DNA of 64,000 bases from Sphingobacteriales bacterium (GCA_004294495.1 REAS01000042.1:12670-76669); one strand, 5' to 3'. Positions 10,551-21,287 are shown, counted from the first letter of the stretch. Notes: generated by a model not told the origin, from the sequence alone. Numbers and translations are program-made.

Positions 10551-11651
10551 ATGATTTACCTGCTTTACATTATATTTAGTTTTTTGATTTTGCGGTTTTC
10601 GGTAACGTTATTTAATTTTATATCTAACCCAAAACTTGGCAACTCGGTAAAACATTACGATGATTTGGTATCCATACTAATACCAGCCCGAAACGAGGAA
10701 GAAGATATTTTAAGCCTCCTACAATCCTTACAAGTACAAAACTATCAAAATATTGAGGTAATAATTTTAGATGATTCATCAACCGACGGTACTCTACAAA
10801 TTTGTAAAGATTTTTGTTTAAGCAATAATCGTTTTAATGTAATTAGCGGCAAACCATTACCCAACAATTGGTTAGGTAAAAACTACGCTTGCCACCAACT
10901 TGCGCAACAAGCTAAAGGTAAATATTTATTGTTTTTAGATGCCGACGAAACTGTAAAAAATAACCTCATTAATAATGCCATACACCGAATGGTATTGGGT
11001 AAACTTGCGTTATTAAGCCTATTTGCTAACCAAATTACCATAACACTAGGCGAAAAATTGGTTGTGCCACTAATGCACTTTCTATTGCTAAATTTATTGC
11101 CTTTACGATTAGTGAAATTAAGTAGCAATCCAGCTTTTGCCGCCGCTAGTGGGCAGTTTATGTTGTTTAACGCTCAAATTTACAAACAAAATTTGTGGCA
11201 CCAACAGGTTAAAAGTAAAGTGGTTGAAGATATTGAGATTATGAAAACTATAAAACAAAATGGTTTTACCGGCGAAACTCTTTTGGCAAACCATTTTTTA
11301 TACTGTCGTATGTATAAATCATACAAACAAAGTTTAAATGGTTTTAGTAAAAATTTATTAGCCGGCTTTGGAGGTAGCGTTTTTGGTTTACTAGCATTTG
11401 TTTCGTTAATATGCTTTGGTTTGCCTTTTATAATCTTTTATGCAAACAGCAACTTAGTTTTTTTTGCTATAATTTTAATCACAATAAATAGGTTTATGAT
11501 TAGTATGTTAAGTAATCAACATATTATTTACAATTTAATTTTGAATTGTGCGCAAATTGTAACATTATTGTTGTTAACCATTATAACCATTTATAAATCG
11601 CTCACCAAAAAACAGGTCTGGAAAGGCCGTATAATAAAAAATGATTTTTAG
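10551..11651 (+). CDS. family 2 glycosyltransferase, membrane-bound
   Basis: 366 aa with VSILIPARNEEEDI, ILDDSSTDGT and FLDADE (DxD), plus C-terminal TM helices. Confidence 0.75.
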   Translation: MIYLLYIIFSFLILRFSVTLFNFISNPKLGNSVKHYDDLVSILIPARNEEEDILSLLQSLQVQNYQNIEVIILDDSSTDGTLQICKDFCLSNNRFNVISGKPLPNNWLGKNYACHQLAQQAKGKYLLFLDADETVKNNLINNAIHRMVLGKLALLSLFANQITITLGEKLVVPLMHFLLLNLLPLRLVKLSSNPAFAAASGQFMLFNAQIYKQNLWHQQVKSKVVEDIEIMKTIKQNGFTGETLLANHFLYCRMYKSYKQSLNGFSKNLLAGFGGSVFGLLAFVSLICFGLPFIIFYANSNLVFFAIILITINRFMISMLSNQHIIYNLILNCAQIVTLLLLTIITIYKSLTKKQVWKGRIIKNDF

Positions 11652-12279
11652 TAAAACATATTTATCCCGCTTATTAATTGTATTATTTCATATAATAGGT
11701 TGTTTAGGGTTGTCTTTCAATGAAACCCGACCATTTTTTTTAGGTTTAGTGCCGTTTCATATCCTTTTAATGTCGGGTATATTGTTTGCAAATTTTGCTA
11801 AAGCACCCAACAAAACTATTTATGCAGCAATAATTGTGTTTGTGGCAGGTTATATTATAGAAGTTATTGGTGTAAAAACCGGCGTAATTTTTGGCAAATA
11901 TTACTATGGCAATACTTTAGGGTTTAAAGTGCTTAGTGTACCTCTAATAATTGGGTTAAATTGGTTTGTGGTGATATTTTCGGTAGGGGGGGTGCTTAGG
12001 TCGTTATTAAAAAGCAGTAAAGTATTGCGTACTATTATAGGTGCATTTATTTTGGTAGGTCTCGATTATTTAATTGAACCAGTAGCTGTAAAATTTGATT
12101 ATTGGAGTTGGGAAAACAATATTATACCATTCCAAAATTATGTAGGCTGGTTTTTTGTTTCATTAGTTATGATGGCTTTTTATAATTATTACGATTTTAA
12201 AAAAACCAATACCGTTTACAAAACATTATTTTACGCCCAGCTATTATTTTTTATAGCTTTAAATATTTTTATTAAATAA
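11641..12279 (+). CDS. polytopic membrane protein, carotenoid-biosynthesis-associated (DUF422-like)
   Basis: 212 aa, multi-TM, overlapping the GT2 gene by 11 nt. The family assignment comes from memory of this GT2/DUF422 pairing and is not verified. Confidence 0.5.
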   Translation: MIFSKTYLSRLLIVLFHIIGCLGLSFNETRPFFLGLVPFHILLMSGILFANFAKAPNKTIYAAIIVFVAGYIIEVIGVKTGVIFGKYYYGNTLGFKVLSVPLIIGLNWFVVIFSVGGVLRSLLKSSKVLRTIIGAFILVGLDYLIEPVAVKFDYWSWENNIIPFQNYVGWFFVSLVMMAFYNYYDFKKTNTVYKTLFYAQLLFFIALNIFIK

Positions 12280-12324
12280 AATGATAGTATTTTTGTTGAT
12301 ATTAGCTTTGGTTGATTATAACAA

Positions 12325-13188
12325 ATGAATAACAACTTAATTTCTTATAAACTTGATGTTCAAATAGATTCGGATTCGGGCTTTTGCTTTGGCGTGGTTT
12401 ACGCCATTGATATGGCCGAGCAAATTTTAGAAGAACAAGGTTATTTATATTGCCTTGGCGATATTGTTCATAATGATGAAGAAGTTGAGCGACTTAAGGC
12501 TAAAGGCTTGCAAATTATTACCAATGAAGATTTAAAGTCTTTAAAAAACGAAAAAGTTTTAATTCGGGCCCACGGTGAAGCACCAGAAACTTATAAGGTG
12601 GCTTTAGAAAACAATATTTTATTAATTGATGCATCTTGCCCGGTGGTTTTAAAGTTGCAAAACCGTATCAAAACATCGTACGACCAAAACGAACAAATAG
12701 TAATATTTGGCAAACACGGCCACGCCGAAGTTATTGGCCTACAAGGACAAACCAATAACGAGGCTATTGTTTTTCAAGACATTACCGAATTAGAAAATAT
12801 TACCTTACCAAAATCTTTTACGTTATATAGCCAAACCACAAAATCAACCGATAAGTTTTACGACATAAAAAATGAATTGTTAGCCAAGGGTTTTGATGTT
12901 AAAGCTAACGATACTATTTGTAGGCAAGTATCAAACCGAGATAAAGATTTACCGCAATTTGCTAAACAGTTTGATAAAATTGTATTTGTATCGGGTAAAA
13001 AATCATCTAATGGAAAAGTGCTTTACGAAGTTTGTAGAAAAAATAACCCTGCAACTTATTTTATTAGCAACCCCAACGATTTAGAAAAAACAATGTTTAA
13101 CCAAGGCGACACCGTAGGCATAAGTGGTGCAACATCAACGCCTATGTGGTTAATGGAAGACATTAAAAAAGTTTTAGAAACTTACTAA
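12325..13188 (+). CDS. ispH: 4-hydroxy-3-methylbut-2-enyl diphosphate reductase
   Basis: 287 aa with GFCFGVVYAI, IRAHGE, DASCPVV, GKHGHAEV and SNGK motifs. Confidence 0.9.
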   Translation: MNNNLISYKLDVQIDSDSGFCFGVVYAIDMAEQILEEQGYLYCLGDIVHNDEEVERLKAKGLQIITNEDLKSLKNEKVLIRAHGEAPETYKVALENNILLIDASCPVVLKLQNRIKTSYDQNEQIVIFGKHGHAEVIGLQGQTNNEAIVFQDITELENITLPKSFTLYSQTTKSTDKFYDIKNELLAKGFDVKANDTICRQVSNRDKDLPQFAKQFDKIVFVSGKKSSNGKVLYEVCRKNNPATYFISNPNDLEKTMFNQGDTVGISGATSTPMWLMEDIKKVLETY

Positions 13189-13222
13189 AACAAAAACCGC
13201 CTTTTTTAAATTCTATTATTAA

Positions 13223-13954
13223 ATGCAAAACTTCTTAAAACCCAATTCTTTCACAGGTGTTTTTATTGCTTCAAGTGTAATTATGCTATGGGGTTTTTGT
13301 ATTTTATTTTTAATGCAATTTAAAATTAATTACACATCTCCCTTAGTTTACATTTTTGTATTGATACAAATGCACCTCTACACAGGTCTTTTTATAACAG
13401 CACACGATGCTATGCATGGCACAATTTTATTTGGAAACAAAAAAGTTAATTTTATTTTTGGCCAAATTTGTACCGCTTTATATGCTGCTTTTCCTCTTTA
13501 TAAATTAAAAAACAAGCATTTTAAACACCATCAATTTGTACATACCAAGCAAGACCCTGATTATTACGAGGGTAATTTTTTTAAATGGTATATATCATTT
13601 ATTGGTCAATATTTGTCGTGGTGGCAAATAATATTTATGGCTATTTTATTTAATATCTTAAAAGTATACATCCCACAACAAAATTTATTGCTGTTTTGGG
13701 TTTTACCATCCTTATTAAGCACACTTCAATTGTTTTATTTTGGTACTTACATCCCCCATAAGGGAGAACATAACAACGTTTACCAATCAAAATCTCAAAC
13801 AAAAAATCATTTTTTTGCATTTTTTAGTTGCTATTTTTTTGGGTATCATTTCGAGCATCACCACTCGCCCGCAACGCCATGGTGGCAATTATGGAAAGTA
13901 AAAGAAACAGAAATTTATACAAACATTATGGCCGTTAAAACGCCAATAAAATAA
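13223..13954 (+). CDS. crtW: beta-carotene ketolase-like membrane desaturase
   Basis: 243 aa with three His boxes (HDAMHGT, HFKHHQFVHTKQDPDY, HFEHHHSP). The HDAMHG box is the CrtW hallmark. Confidence 0.65.
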   Translation: MQNFLKPNSFTGVFIASSVIMLWGFCILFLMQFKINYTSPLVYIFVLIQMHLYTGLFITAHDAMHGTILFGNKKVNFIFGQICTALYAAFPLYKLKNKHFKHHQFVHTKQDPDYYEGNFFKWYISFIGQYLSWWQIIFMAILFNILKVYIPQQNLLLFWVLPSLLSTLQLFYFGTYIPHKGEHNNVYQSKSQTKNHFFAFFSCYFFGYHFEHHHSPATPWWQLWKVKETEIYTNIMAVKTPIK

Positions 13955-13958
13955 AATT

Positions 13959-14978
13959 ATGGGTAAAAAAGGTATATTATTGGTTAACTTGGGTACGCCC
14001 GATAGCCCATCAACAGCTAACGTACGTAAATATTTAAAACAATTTTTAATGGACGAAAGGGTTATAGATGTTAATCCTGTTTTACGTAACGTGTTAGTAA
14101 AGGGCGTAATTGTTCCTTTTCGTGGGCCAAAATCTGCCAAGCTTTATAAAGAAATTTGGGATGACGAAACTGGGTCGCCTTTAATGCATTATAGTGTTTT
14201 ACAAGCTAAAGCTTTGCAAGCAAAATTAGGAGACAATTACCAAGTTGAGTTAGCCATGCGCTACCAAAGCCCATCAATAAAAACAGCTTTAAACAAGCTA
14301 AGAAACGCCCAGGTTGATAGTATAAAAGTTATTCCTCTTTTTCCGCATTACGCATCGGCAAGTACAGGTTCGGTTATGCAGGATGTTATGGAACAAGTAA
14401 GCAAATGGCTTACTATACCAAATATATCTTTTGTAAACTCGTTTTACAACCACCCATTAATGATTAAAACTTTTGCAGAAAATGGCAGAAAACATCAACC
14501 AGAAACATACGACCATGTGCTTTTTAGCTTTCACGGTTTGCCTCAAAGGCAGCTTGTAAAATCCGATCACTCGCAACAGCATTGCCAAAAAGTAACCGAT
14601 TGTTGTAAAACCATTACCCACAATAATAAGTTTTGTTACTCGGCTCAGTGTTACAATACCGCACAATTAATTGCTAATGAATTACAAATTGCGGATGAAA
14701 AATACACGGTTTGTTTTCAATCTCGTTTAGGCAAAACTCCTTGGGTACAACCTTATACCAACGAAGTTTTAAAAGATTGTGCTGCTAAAGGATACAAAAA
14801 ATTGTTGGTTTTTTGCCCTGCTTTTGTTGCCGATTGTTTAGAAACTGTTTATGAAGTTACCATAGAGTACGGTGACGAATTTAAAGAAATGGGTGGCCAA
14901 CATTTACAATTGGTAGAAAGTTTAAACGATAACCCAATGTGGATTGAGGTTTTAGAAGATATTGCGCTAAATGGATAA
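13959..14978 (+). CDS. hemH: ferrochelatase
   Basis: 339 aa with GILLVNLGTPDSPS, MRYQSPSI, FSFHGLPQ and AFVADCLET. Confidence 0.9.
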   Translation: MGKKGILLVNLGTPDSPSTANVRKYLKQFLMDERVIDVNPVLRNVLVKGVIVPFRGPKSAKLYKEIWDDETGSPLMHYSVLQAKALQAKLGDNYQVELAMRYQSPSIKTALNKLRNAQVDSIKVIPLFPHYASASTGSVMQDVMEQVSKWLTIPNISFVNSFYNHPLMIKTFAENGRKHQPETYDHVLFSFHGLPQRQLVKSDHSQQHCQKVTDCCKTITHNNKFCYSAQCYNTAQLIANELQIADEKYTVCFQSRLGKTPWVQPYTNEVLKDCAAKGYKKLLVFCPAFVADCLETVYEVTIEYGDEFKEMGGQHLQLVESLNDNPMWIEVLEDIALNG

Positions 14979-15355
14979 TTGTTTAGTTAAATTATTTGGT
15001 TCTTCCTCAAAAACTGGAGAATACAATTAAATTTAATTTCCATTAAATAGGTGTGCAATAGGGGACGGCCTAGCTGTTGTTTGGAGTGGGAGGCCAATAA
15101 ATTTTTTGTAGAAATTAACATTAAGCACTACCAAAGCAAGTCGCTACGTGTTGCACAAACGCTGTTAAAGCACTAACTTTATTGCCACGTCTTGAATTGC
15201 GCCATTAAAAATTTATTGAGCATACCCGACAAATAACAGCAAGCCTTGATTTTTTGTTACTTTTTTATCAAGAAAAAAGTAATAAAAAAAATGCCTTTTA
15301 ATTTTTACATTTTATTTGACTTAAAATAAAACCACACAAAATGAAGAAGAACCAA

Positions 15356-16312
15356 TTATTTTTCTAAACTATAATTTTTATGCAACACTAAAAAGCTTGC
15401 TCGTTCTTCTTTTTTAAACGGAATATCCCAATTGCCTTGGTAACTTATTTTGGTTGGCAACAAGTTTTGATTAAAATAGCTCATTTCAATATTCATTTGT
15501 ACATCAAAACTAAAGGCAAAATTATCCAGCTTCATATCAATATAACGGCCTAGAATTTGAAAGTTACGTTTATCAAAAATGGTGGTTAGTTCTTTTATCA
15601 TTATTCCGTTTTTTGTCCAATCGGTCAACTCAGGCTTCATTAAAACTTTAAATTTATACACGGGTATCGAATCTAAATAAGTGCCTGATGCAAAGCTATA
15701 ATTATAATTTTGGCGCATTTCGGGACTAAAAATTTCGGTTTTACCAGATATAAAAGGAACTCCTTTTATGGGTTTACCGGGTGCAAATATTAAAGTTTTT
15801 AGCTTGTCTTTATAGCCTTCATTTTTACCGCCTTTGGTGCTAGTGTTTGCTGTGGCGGAAACAAAGTCGGAATTGTAGGCGTTCATAAAAATATAATCAA
15901 ACATTTCTACGGTGTACAGTTGGTAGTTTCCGTTTCGTTTATACAATTTGCCCGTTGCGTCTTTGGCTAAATAGGTTATTTTATGACCTTTTTTATCGTT
16001 ACTATGGACAGTTTTTCGGTAAACCTTTCCTGTAATTTTGTTTTTTGTATCGTAGGTAACAACAGTGTTTTCGGCAGTAAAGGCGTACTGCTTCATGTTT
16101 CTAAACGCTTGGTAAAAGCTGGTGTCGTTAATAATTTGATTTATAAAATCTTCAACATACAATCCCGCCTTAGCGGTTTTTACAAAATCTTTATCAATTA
16201 CTACGGTTAAAACGGTGTCGGGGTTGTACCGATTTATGGCTTGTGATTTAGAAATTAGTGGCAGTAAAAACAACAAAATTAAGCCAGAAAAAAATTTGAT
16301 TTTCATACGCAT
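15356..16312 (-). CDS. hypothetical secreted protein
   Basis: 318 aa with a signal peptide. No motif recognised. Confidence 0.5.
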   Translation of the reverse strand: MRMKIKFFSGLILLFLLPLISKSQAINRYNPDTVLTVVIDKDFVKTAKAGLYVEDFINQIINDTSFYQAFRNMKQYAFTAENTVVTYDTKNKITGKVYRKTVHSNDKKGHKITYLAKDATGKLYKRNGNYQLYTVEMFDYIFMNAYNSDFVSATANTSTKGGKNEGYKDKLKTLIFAPGKPIKGVPFISGKTEIFSPEMRQNYNYSFASGTYLDSIPVYKFKVLMKPELTDWTKNGIMIKELTTIFDKRNFQILGRYIDMKLDNFAFSFDVQMNIEMSYFNQNLLPTKISYQGNWDIPFKKEERASFLVLHKNYSLEK

Positions 16313-16495
16313 AAAATACTAGTTGTTTTGGGGTGCTGTTTGGAGAAATATATAAAATACGTAATATAAATGTGTTATGGTTAGTTAAAATCCCAATTCC
16401 TCTCGTTTTTCCCAAAGGGGAGATGCCCAACCGCATAAATTAGCTTTTACAGACAGGATACAGGAAATCAAAAATCCACAATCATCAATCAAAAA

Positions 16496-17359
16496 TCATT
16501 TTACATCTACCAATTCTATTTCAAAATCTAAAGGGCAATTGCCCGGTATGCTACTTCTACCCGTTTGCCCGTAAGCTTTTTGCGAAGGTATAAGTAAACG
16601 CATTTTGCCGCCTTTTTTTAACTTAGTAAGCACTTGCCAACCTTTAATAATGCTGGTAAAATTAGTTTGCAAAGGCGAGCCAGCTGCCGATGCATCAAAC
16701 TGTTCGCCATTAAAAAACTTACCTACATAATTAACCGTAATGTTTGATGCAAGTGTAACATCTGTTGTACCTGTTCCTGGGGTAATTATGTTATAATACA
16801 CTCCCGAAGCATCCCGCGTAAAAGTTGAGTCTAAGGTTTTTATATATTTAGTAATAATGGTATCGTTCACAGCTTCGGGGGTTTTGGCATTAAAAACCTC
16901 AAAAGTTGCATCAATTAAGGTGTTTCCTTTAATAGTACTACCGCTACCATCTTTGCCAAAAGCCAAATACGAAGGTATAATACTTCTTATTTTACCTCCC
17001 TTTTTTATCAATGCAAAAATTGTTTTGTTAAACCCTATTGGTTTAATATCTGTTAAATAAGCATTTGTGAAATTAAATTTATCGCTATTAAGCAGTGGTG
17101 TACCATCGTATGTTTTTACGTTTTGGTAATAAAATACTGGAGCTATATTAGTGATACTATCCCCGTTAGGTTGTTCTAAAATTTGATAATATAAGCCGCT
17201 TGTATCTTTGCTAAAATTGGAAACATTTGCACCTAAAAAATCTCGTATTTGCTGGTCCTGTACTTCTTTTATATCCCGTGTTTCTTTTTTACAAGATAAA
17301 ATAACCACACTTAAAACCAATAAAGCACTCCAAAATTTAATCGTTATTTTACTTAACAT
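16496..17359 (-). CDS. FKBP-type peptidyl-prolyl isomerase lipoprotein, two FKBP domains
   Basis: 287 aa with two repeats ending in GGK.R..IPS..A.G......IP.N..L.F..E. The FKBP C-terminal pattern is DFEIELVDVK. Confidence 0.8.
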   Translation of the reverse strand: MLSKITIKFWSALLVLSVVILSCKKETRDIKEVQDQQIRDFLGANVSNFSKDTSGLYYQILEQPNGDSITNIAPVFYYQNVKTYDGTPLLNSDKFNFTNAYLTDIKPIGFNKTIFALIKKGGKIRSIIPSYLAFGKDGSGSTIKGNTLIDATFEVFNAKTPEAVNDTIITKYIKTLDSTFTRDASGVYYNIITPGTGTTDVTLASNITVNYVGKFFNGEQFDASAAGSPLQTNFTSIIKGWQVLTKLKKGGKMRLLIPSQKAYGQTGRSSIPGNCPLDFEIELVDVK

Positions 17360-17831
17360 CTTTTAGTTCTATATCAAAATCTAAATTTGTGTTTGGTGGT
17401 ATATTACTAGTACCAAACTGGCCATAAGCATAACCCGATGATATAAATAATCTTATTACTCCACCTTTTTTAATTTGAGGAACACCATATCTAAACCCTA
17501 AAATTAAACGATAAAGTTCAATGTCTTTTAGGCTATCCAAAGGAGCAAATACATTGCCATTTAAAAAACGACCAGTATATTTTATGGATATTTTAGATGA
17601 ATCTTTAGGCGTAATATCTCCGTTACCGGGATAGGTAATTTTATAATAAATACCAGTTTCACCTAGTTTAGTTGCAGCTATGCCATTGGTACTCAAAAAT
17701 TTTAATATGTCTAAAGTATCCTTCCCAAGTTGAGCTAATGCGTTATGTGGAGGTGGTAAATCTTCTTTTTTCAAACATGAGCTTAACCCTACTAATAGTG
17801 TGGCTGTTATTAATAATATATACTTTTTCAT
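17349..17831 (-). CDS. FKBP-type peptidyl-prolyl isomerase lipoprotein
   Basis: 160 aa with lipobox LSSC, YTGRFLNG.VF and GGVIRLFISSGYAYG...IPPNTNLDFDIELKDVK. Confidence 0.8.
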   Translation of the reverse strand: MKKYILLITATLLVGLSSCLKKEDLPPPHNALAQLGKDTLDILKFLSTNGIAATKLGETGIYYKITYPGNGDITPKDSSKISIKYTGRFLNGNVFAPLDSLKDIELYRLILGFRYGVPQIKKGGVIRLFISSGYAYGQFGTSNIPPNTNLDFDIELKDVK

Positions 17832-17967
17832 TTTATTTGAAGATTTAAAAAACTTTAAATTTTTTTCTATAATCCCCTTTGGGGGATACTAATAATGCAA
17901 ATTTATTTAAATTTTATTAAAACATACGTGTTTAACGTTTATTAACGCAAATGATTTTATACAAAAG

Positions 17968-18004
17968 CTTTTAAACAAAAATTGAGCGGATAAAACCAGC
18001 TCAA
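17968..18004 (-). terminator. putative rho-independent terminator after the symporter gene
   Basis: On the minus strand: TTGAGC-11 nt-GCTCAA followed by TTTTTGTTT. The stem is short. Confidence 0.4.
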
Positions 18005-18031
18005 TTTATTAATTGGTATATTATAAAAAGA

Positions 18032-19726
18032 TTACCAAAATATACTGTAAAGAGCTACAAGTATGCCTACAATAATTAGGGCACCAGCTGCAAAACCGCT
18101 GTTTACTTTAAACATTTTACTATCAACATCTAATCCTTTAGCAACAATACCGCGTTTTTTGTCGTATAAGCTTATAAATATCATTACAATAACACATATT
18201 ACAAATACAAAACCCATTCTATCTAAAAAAGGAATTTCATATAATGCGGTACCATTTTCTTGTTTTACTAAAGTTGAAAAACCAAATTGGCTTAACCACT
18301 CTAGGTTTGCAAAACCAGGTAAGAACTTTAAAAATACCGAAAGGATGAACCCACCTATGGTTGCAAACATTGCAGCATTTGAGCTGGTTTTTTTCCAAAA
18401 GAAACCTAAAATAAACATGGCAAAAATACCCGGACTTACAAAACCAGTATATTCTTGTATAAACTCAAATCCACCTTTTTTATCAATTCCTAGGAAGGGA
18501 GCAATTATAACCGCCAAAATCATGGCAACAACTACTGTTATTTTCCCAACATTCACCAATGTTTTTTCGCTAGCAATTGGGTTAATTTTCTTTTTAAATA
18601 TATCTAATGTAAAAATGGTTGATATACTATTTACTTTACCAGCCAACGATGCTACAACAGCTGCAGTAAGTGCAGCAAATGATAAGCCTTTTAAGCCTGC
18701 TGGCAATAGATTGAGTAATACTGGGTACGATTTGTCGGGATTTAAAACACCATCTGGACCCAGCATTTCGGTTTGGAAACCACCTTTTAAATAAATTACG
18801 TAAGCTGCAATACCGGGAAGTACTACAATTACTGGCATTAATAATTTCAAAAATGCCGCAAATAAAATACCGCTACGGGCAGTTTTTAAATCGGCACCTA
18901 AAGCTCTTTGTGTTATGTATTGGTTACAGCCCCAATAGTTTAAATTAACAATCCACATACCGCCAAATAAAACGGTTAACCCAGGTAAACTTGGGAAATT
19001 AGAATTTTTTTGATCAAAAATCATGTGAAAGTGGTCGTTAGATTCCGACATCATGTAATTAAAACCTTCAACTACACCGTGTTGATTATTTAATTCGGCT
19101 ACTCTATCTAGTGCTAAATAAGTGGTTACCAAGCCGCCAAATATTAAAAATACAACTTGTATAACATCGGTATAACCAATAACTTTCATACCTCCCAATG
19201 CAATAATTACTGCAAAAAAGGCTAATGAGTACATACATAAATTAATATCTAAACCCGATATCCCATTAATTGCTAATGCACCTAAATAAAGTATAGATGT
19301 TAAATTTACTATAACGTAAAGTAATAACCAAAAAACCGCCATTATCATAGCTACATTACCATCGTAACGCTGACTTAAAAATTGTGGCATGGTATAAATT
19401 TTATTCTTTAAATACACAGGAATAAAAAATACGGCTACAATAATTAATGTTGCAGCGGCCATCCATTCGTAAGTGGCAATTGCTAAACCCATTTTAAAAC
19501 CATTACCCGACATAGCAATAAACTGCTCGGATGATATGTTAGAAGCAATTAGTGATGTGCCAATTGCCCACCAAGTTAGCGAACCTTCTGCCAAAAAGTA
19601 ATCTTTAGAATCGGCAGTTTTTGTTCTTTTTCTTCTATAAATCCATATACCGTATGTTGCTACGATAATAAAATAGACTAAAAAAACGATATAATCTTTT
19701 ACATCAAGGGTATGCTGTGTTTCCAT
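18032..19726 (-). CDS. sodium:solute symporter (SSF/SGLT family)
   Basis: 564 aa with about 14 TM segments. The N-terminal FLAEGSLTWWAIGTSLIASNISSEQF is typical of SSF transporters. Confidence 0.85.
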   Translation of the reverse strand: METQHTLDVKDYIVFLVYFIIVATYGIWIYRRKRTKTADSKDYFLAEGSLTWWAIGTSLIASNISSEQFIAMSGNGFKMGLAIATYEWMAAATLIIVAVFFIPVYLKNKIYTMPQFLSQRYDGNVAMIMAVFWLLLYVIVNLTSILYLGALAINGISGLDINLCMYSLAFFAVIIALGGMKVIGYTDVIQVVFLIFGGLVTTYLALDRVAELNNQHGVVEGFNYMMSESNDHFHMIFDQKNSNFPSLPGLTVLFGGMWIVNLNYWGCNQYITQRALGADLKTARSGILFAAFLKLLMPVIVVLPGIAAYVIYLKGGFQTEMLGPDGVLNPDKSYPVLLNLLPAGLKGLSFAALTAAVVASLAGKVNSISTIFTLDIFKKKINPIASEKTLVNVGKITVVVAMILAVIIAPFLGIDKKGGFEFIQEYTGFVSPGIFAMFILGFFWKKTSSNAAMFATIGGFILSVFLKFLPGFANLEWLSQFGFSTLVKQENGTALYEIPFLDRMGFVFVICVIVMIFISLYDKKRGIVAKGLDVDSKMFKVNSGFAAGALIIVGILVALYSIFW

Positions 19727-19836
19727 TTTTTATTTAATTGGTTTAATTTTAAGTTAGGCAAATATAATTTTAATTGGTTAATCACAAAATTTATTGTTTG
19801 CAAGGGTTTAATAAAATTTAAAATTTGTTTCAAAAT

Positions 19837-19879
19837 AAAAACGCCATTTATAAACAATAAGCTTTATAAATGGCGTTTT
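19837..19879 (-). terminator. rho-independent terminator after metK
   Basis: A 17-bp perfect stem (AAAACGCCATTTATAAA / TTTATAAATGGCGTTTT) with an 8-nt loop. On the minus strand the stem is followed by TATTTTG. Confidence 0.7.
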
Positions 19880-19895
19880 AGAATAATTTTAAATT

Positions 19896-21149
19896 TTACA
19901 AGCCAAATTCGGCTTTTACTTTATCTACAAAATCTAATTTCTCCCAAGTAAATAGTTCAAGTTCTAAGGTTTTAGTTTCACCATTTGCACCGTAAAAAGT
20001 TTTAGTTACTGTTTCGTTTTTACGACCCATGTGGCCGTAAGCTGCCGTTTCGCTATAAATTGGGTTACGTAATTTTAATCGTTGTTCTATAAAATAAGGG
20101 CGCATATCAAAAATGGCTTCTACTTTTTTGGCAATCTCACCATCGGTAAGGTTAACTTTTGATGTCCCGTTAGTTGTAATAAAAATACCACAAGGTTTAG
20201 CAACTCCAATTGCGTAAGATACTTGTACCAAAACCTCGGTGGCAACACCAGCAGCAACCAAATTTTTAGCAATGTGGCGGGTAGCATACGCTGCTGATCT
20301 ATCAACTTTCGATGGGTCTTTGCCCGAAAAAGCACCACCACCGTGTGCACCTTTACCACCATAAGTATCTACAATAATTTTACGACCTGTTAAACCGGTA
20401 TCGCCATGAGGCCCACCAATAACAAATTTACCAGTTGGGTTAATGTGGTAAATAATTGCATCTGTAAATAATTTTTGCAATTCGGGTTTTAACAAACCTT
20501 TAACACGTGGTATTAAAATCGAAATTAAATCGGATTTAATTTTGGCCAACATGGTTTCGTCTTCGTCAAAATCATCGTGTTGGGTTGATATTACAATGCT
20601 ATCAATTCTAATAGGCTGATGATCATCGCTATACTCGATAGTTACTTGCGATTTTGCATCGGGGCGTAAATACGTAATATCGCTATTTTCTCGGCGTAAA
20701 GCAGCTAGTTCTAACAATAATTTGTGCGCAATATCTAAAGCTAAAGGCATATAATTATCGGTTTCGTTGGTTGCGTAACCAAACATCATGCCTTGGTCGC
20801 CAGCACCTTGGTCTTCGGGGTTGCTACGGTCTACACCTTGGTTAATATCTTCCGATTGATCATGTATTGCCGAAAGTATGCCGCAAGAATTAGCTTCAAA
20901 CATATACTCTGATTTTGTGTAACCAATTTTTCTAATCACATCGCGAGTGATTTTTTGTACATCTAAATAAATTTTAGATTTTACTTCGCCAGCTAAAACA
21001 ACTTGGCCGGTGGTTACTAATGTTTCGCAGGCAACTTTAGAGTCTTTATCAAAAGCTAAAAAGTTGTCAATTAATGCATCCGATATTTGGTCTGCAATTT
21101 TATCGGGATGTCCTTCCGATACAGATTCTGATGTGAATAAATAAGGCAT
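19896..21149 (-). CDS. metK: S-adenosylmethionine synthetase
   Basis: 417 aa with [49 protein letters not shown]. Confidence 0.95.
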   Translation of the reverse strand: MPYLFTSESVSEGHPDKIADQISDALIDNFLAFDKDSKVACETLVTTGQVVLAGEVKSKIYLDVQKITRDVIRKIGYTKSEYMFEANSCGILSAIHDQSEDINQGVDRSNPEDQGAGDQGMMFGYATNETDNYMPLALDIAHKLLLELAALRRENSDITYLRPDAKSQVTIEYSDDHQPIRIDSIVISTQHDDFDEDETMLAKIKSDLISILIPRVKGLLKPELQKLFTDAIIYHINPTGKFVIGGPHGDTGLTGRKIIVDTYGGKGAHGGGAFSGKDPSKVDRSAAYATRHIAKNLVAAGVATEVLVQVSYAIGVAKPCGIFITTNGTSKVNLTDGEIAKKVEAIFDMRPYFIEQRLKLRNPIYSETAAYGHMGRKNETVTKTFYGANGETKTLELELFTWEKLDFVDKVKAEFGL

Positions 21150-21287
21150 AAATTTCTATTTTTTATATTAAAAAACTGTGGACGATAAAAAAAATACGGT
21201 TTAAAAAAGCAGAAAACAATGTTGCGGCTTTAGCATTTTTTTTAACGTGGTTGCAATCAACTCAAATCAATCCACTTTTATTAGTTG

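Noticed and set aside
12893-13084. 63-aa ORF in an alternative frame inside ispH, and other short nested ORFs (432..650, 663..896, 2849..3070, 3590..3868, 4488..4733, 9328..9519, 10883..11128, 13889..14140, 14457..14666, 15983..16210, 16857..17060, 20120..20362, 22651..22956, 24986..25378, 26522..26734, 48108..48504, 51388..51600, 53612..53803, 55742..56204, 56315..56749, 57761..57943, 60997..61197, 62670..63479)
   Set aside because: Each lies within or opposite a better-supported gene, and none has a recognisable motif.
19712-19951. 79-aa ORF in the metK-symporter intergenic region
   Set aside because: It spans the metK terminator hairpin and overlaps the metK 3' end. Its composition is AT-rich and non-coding-like.
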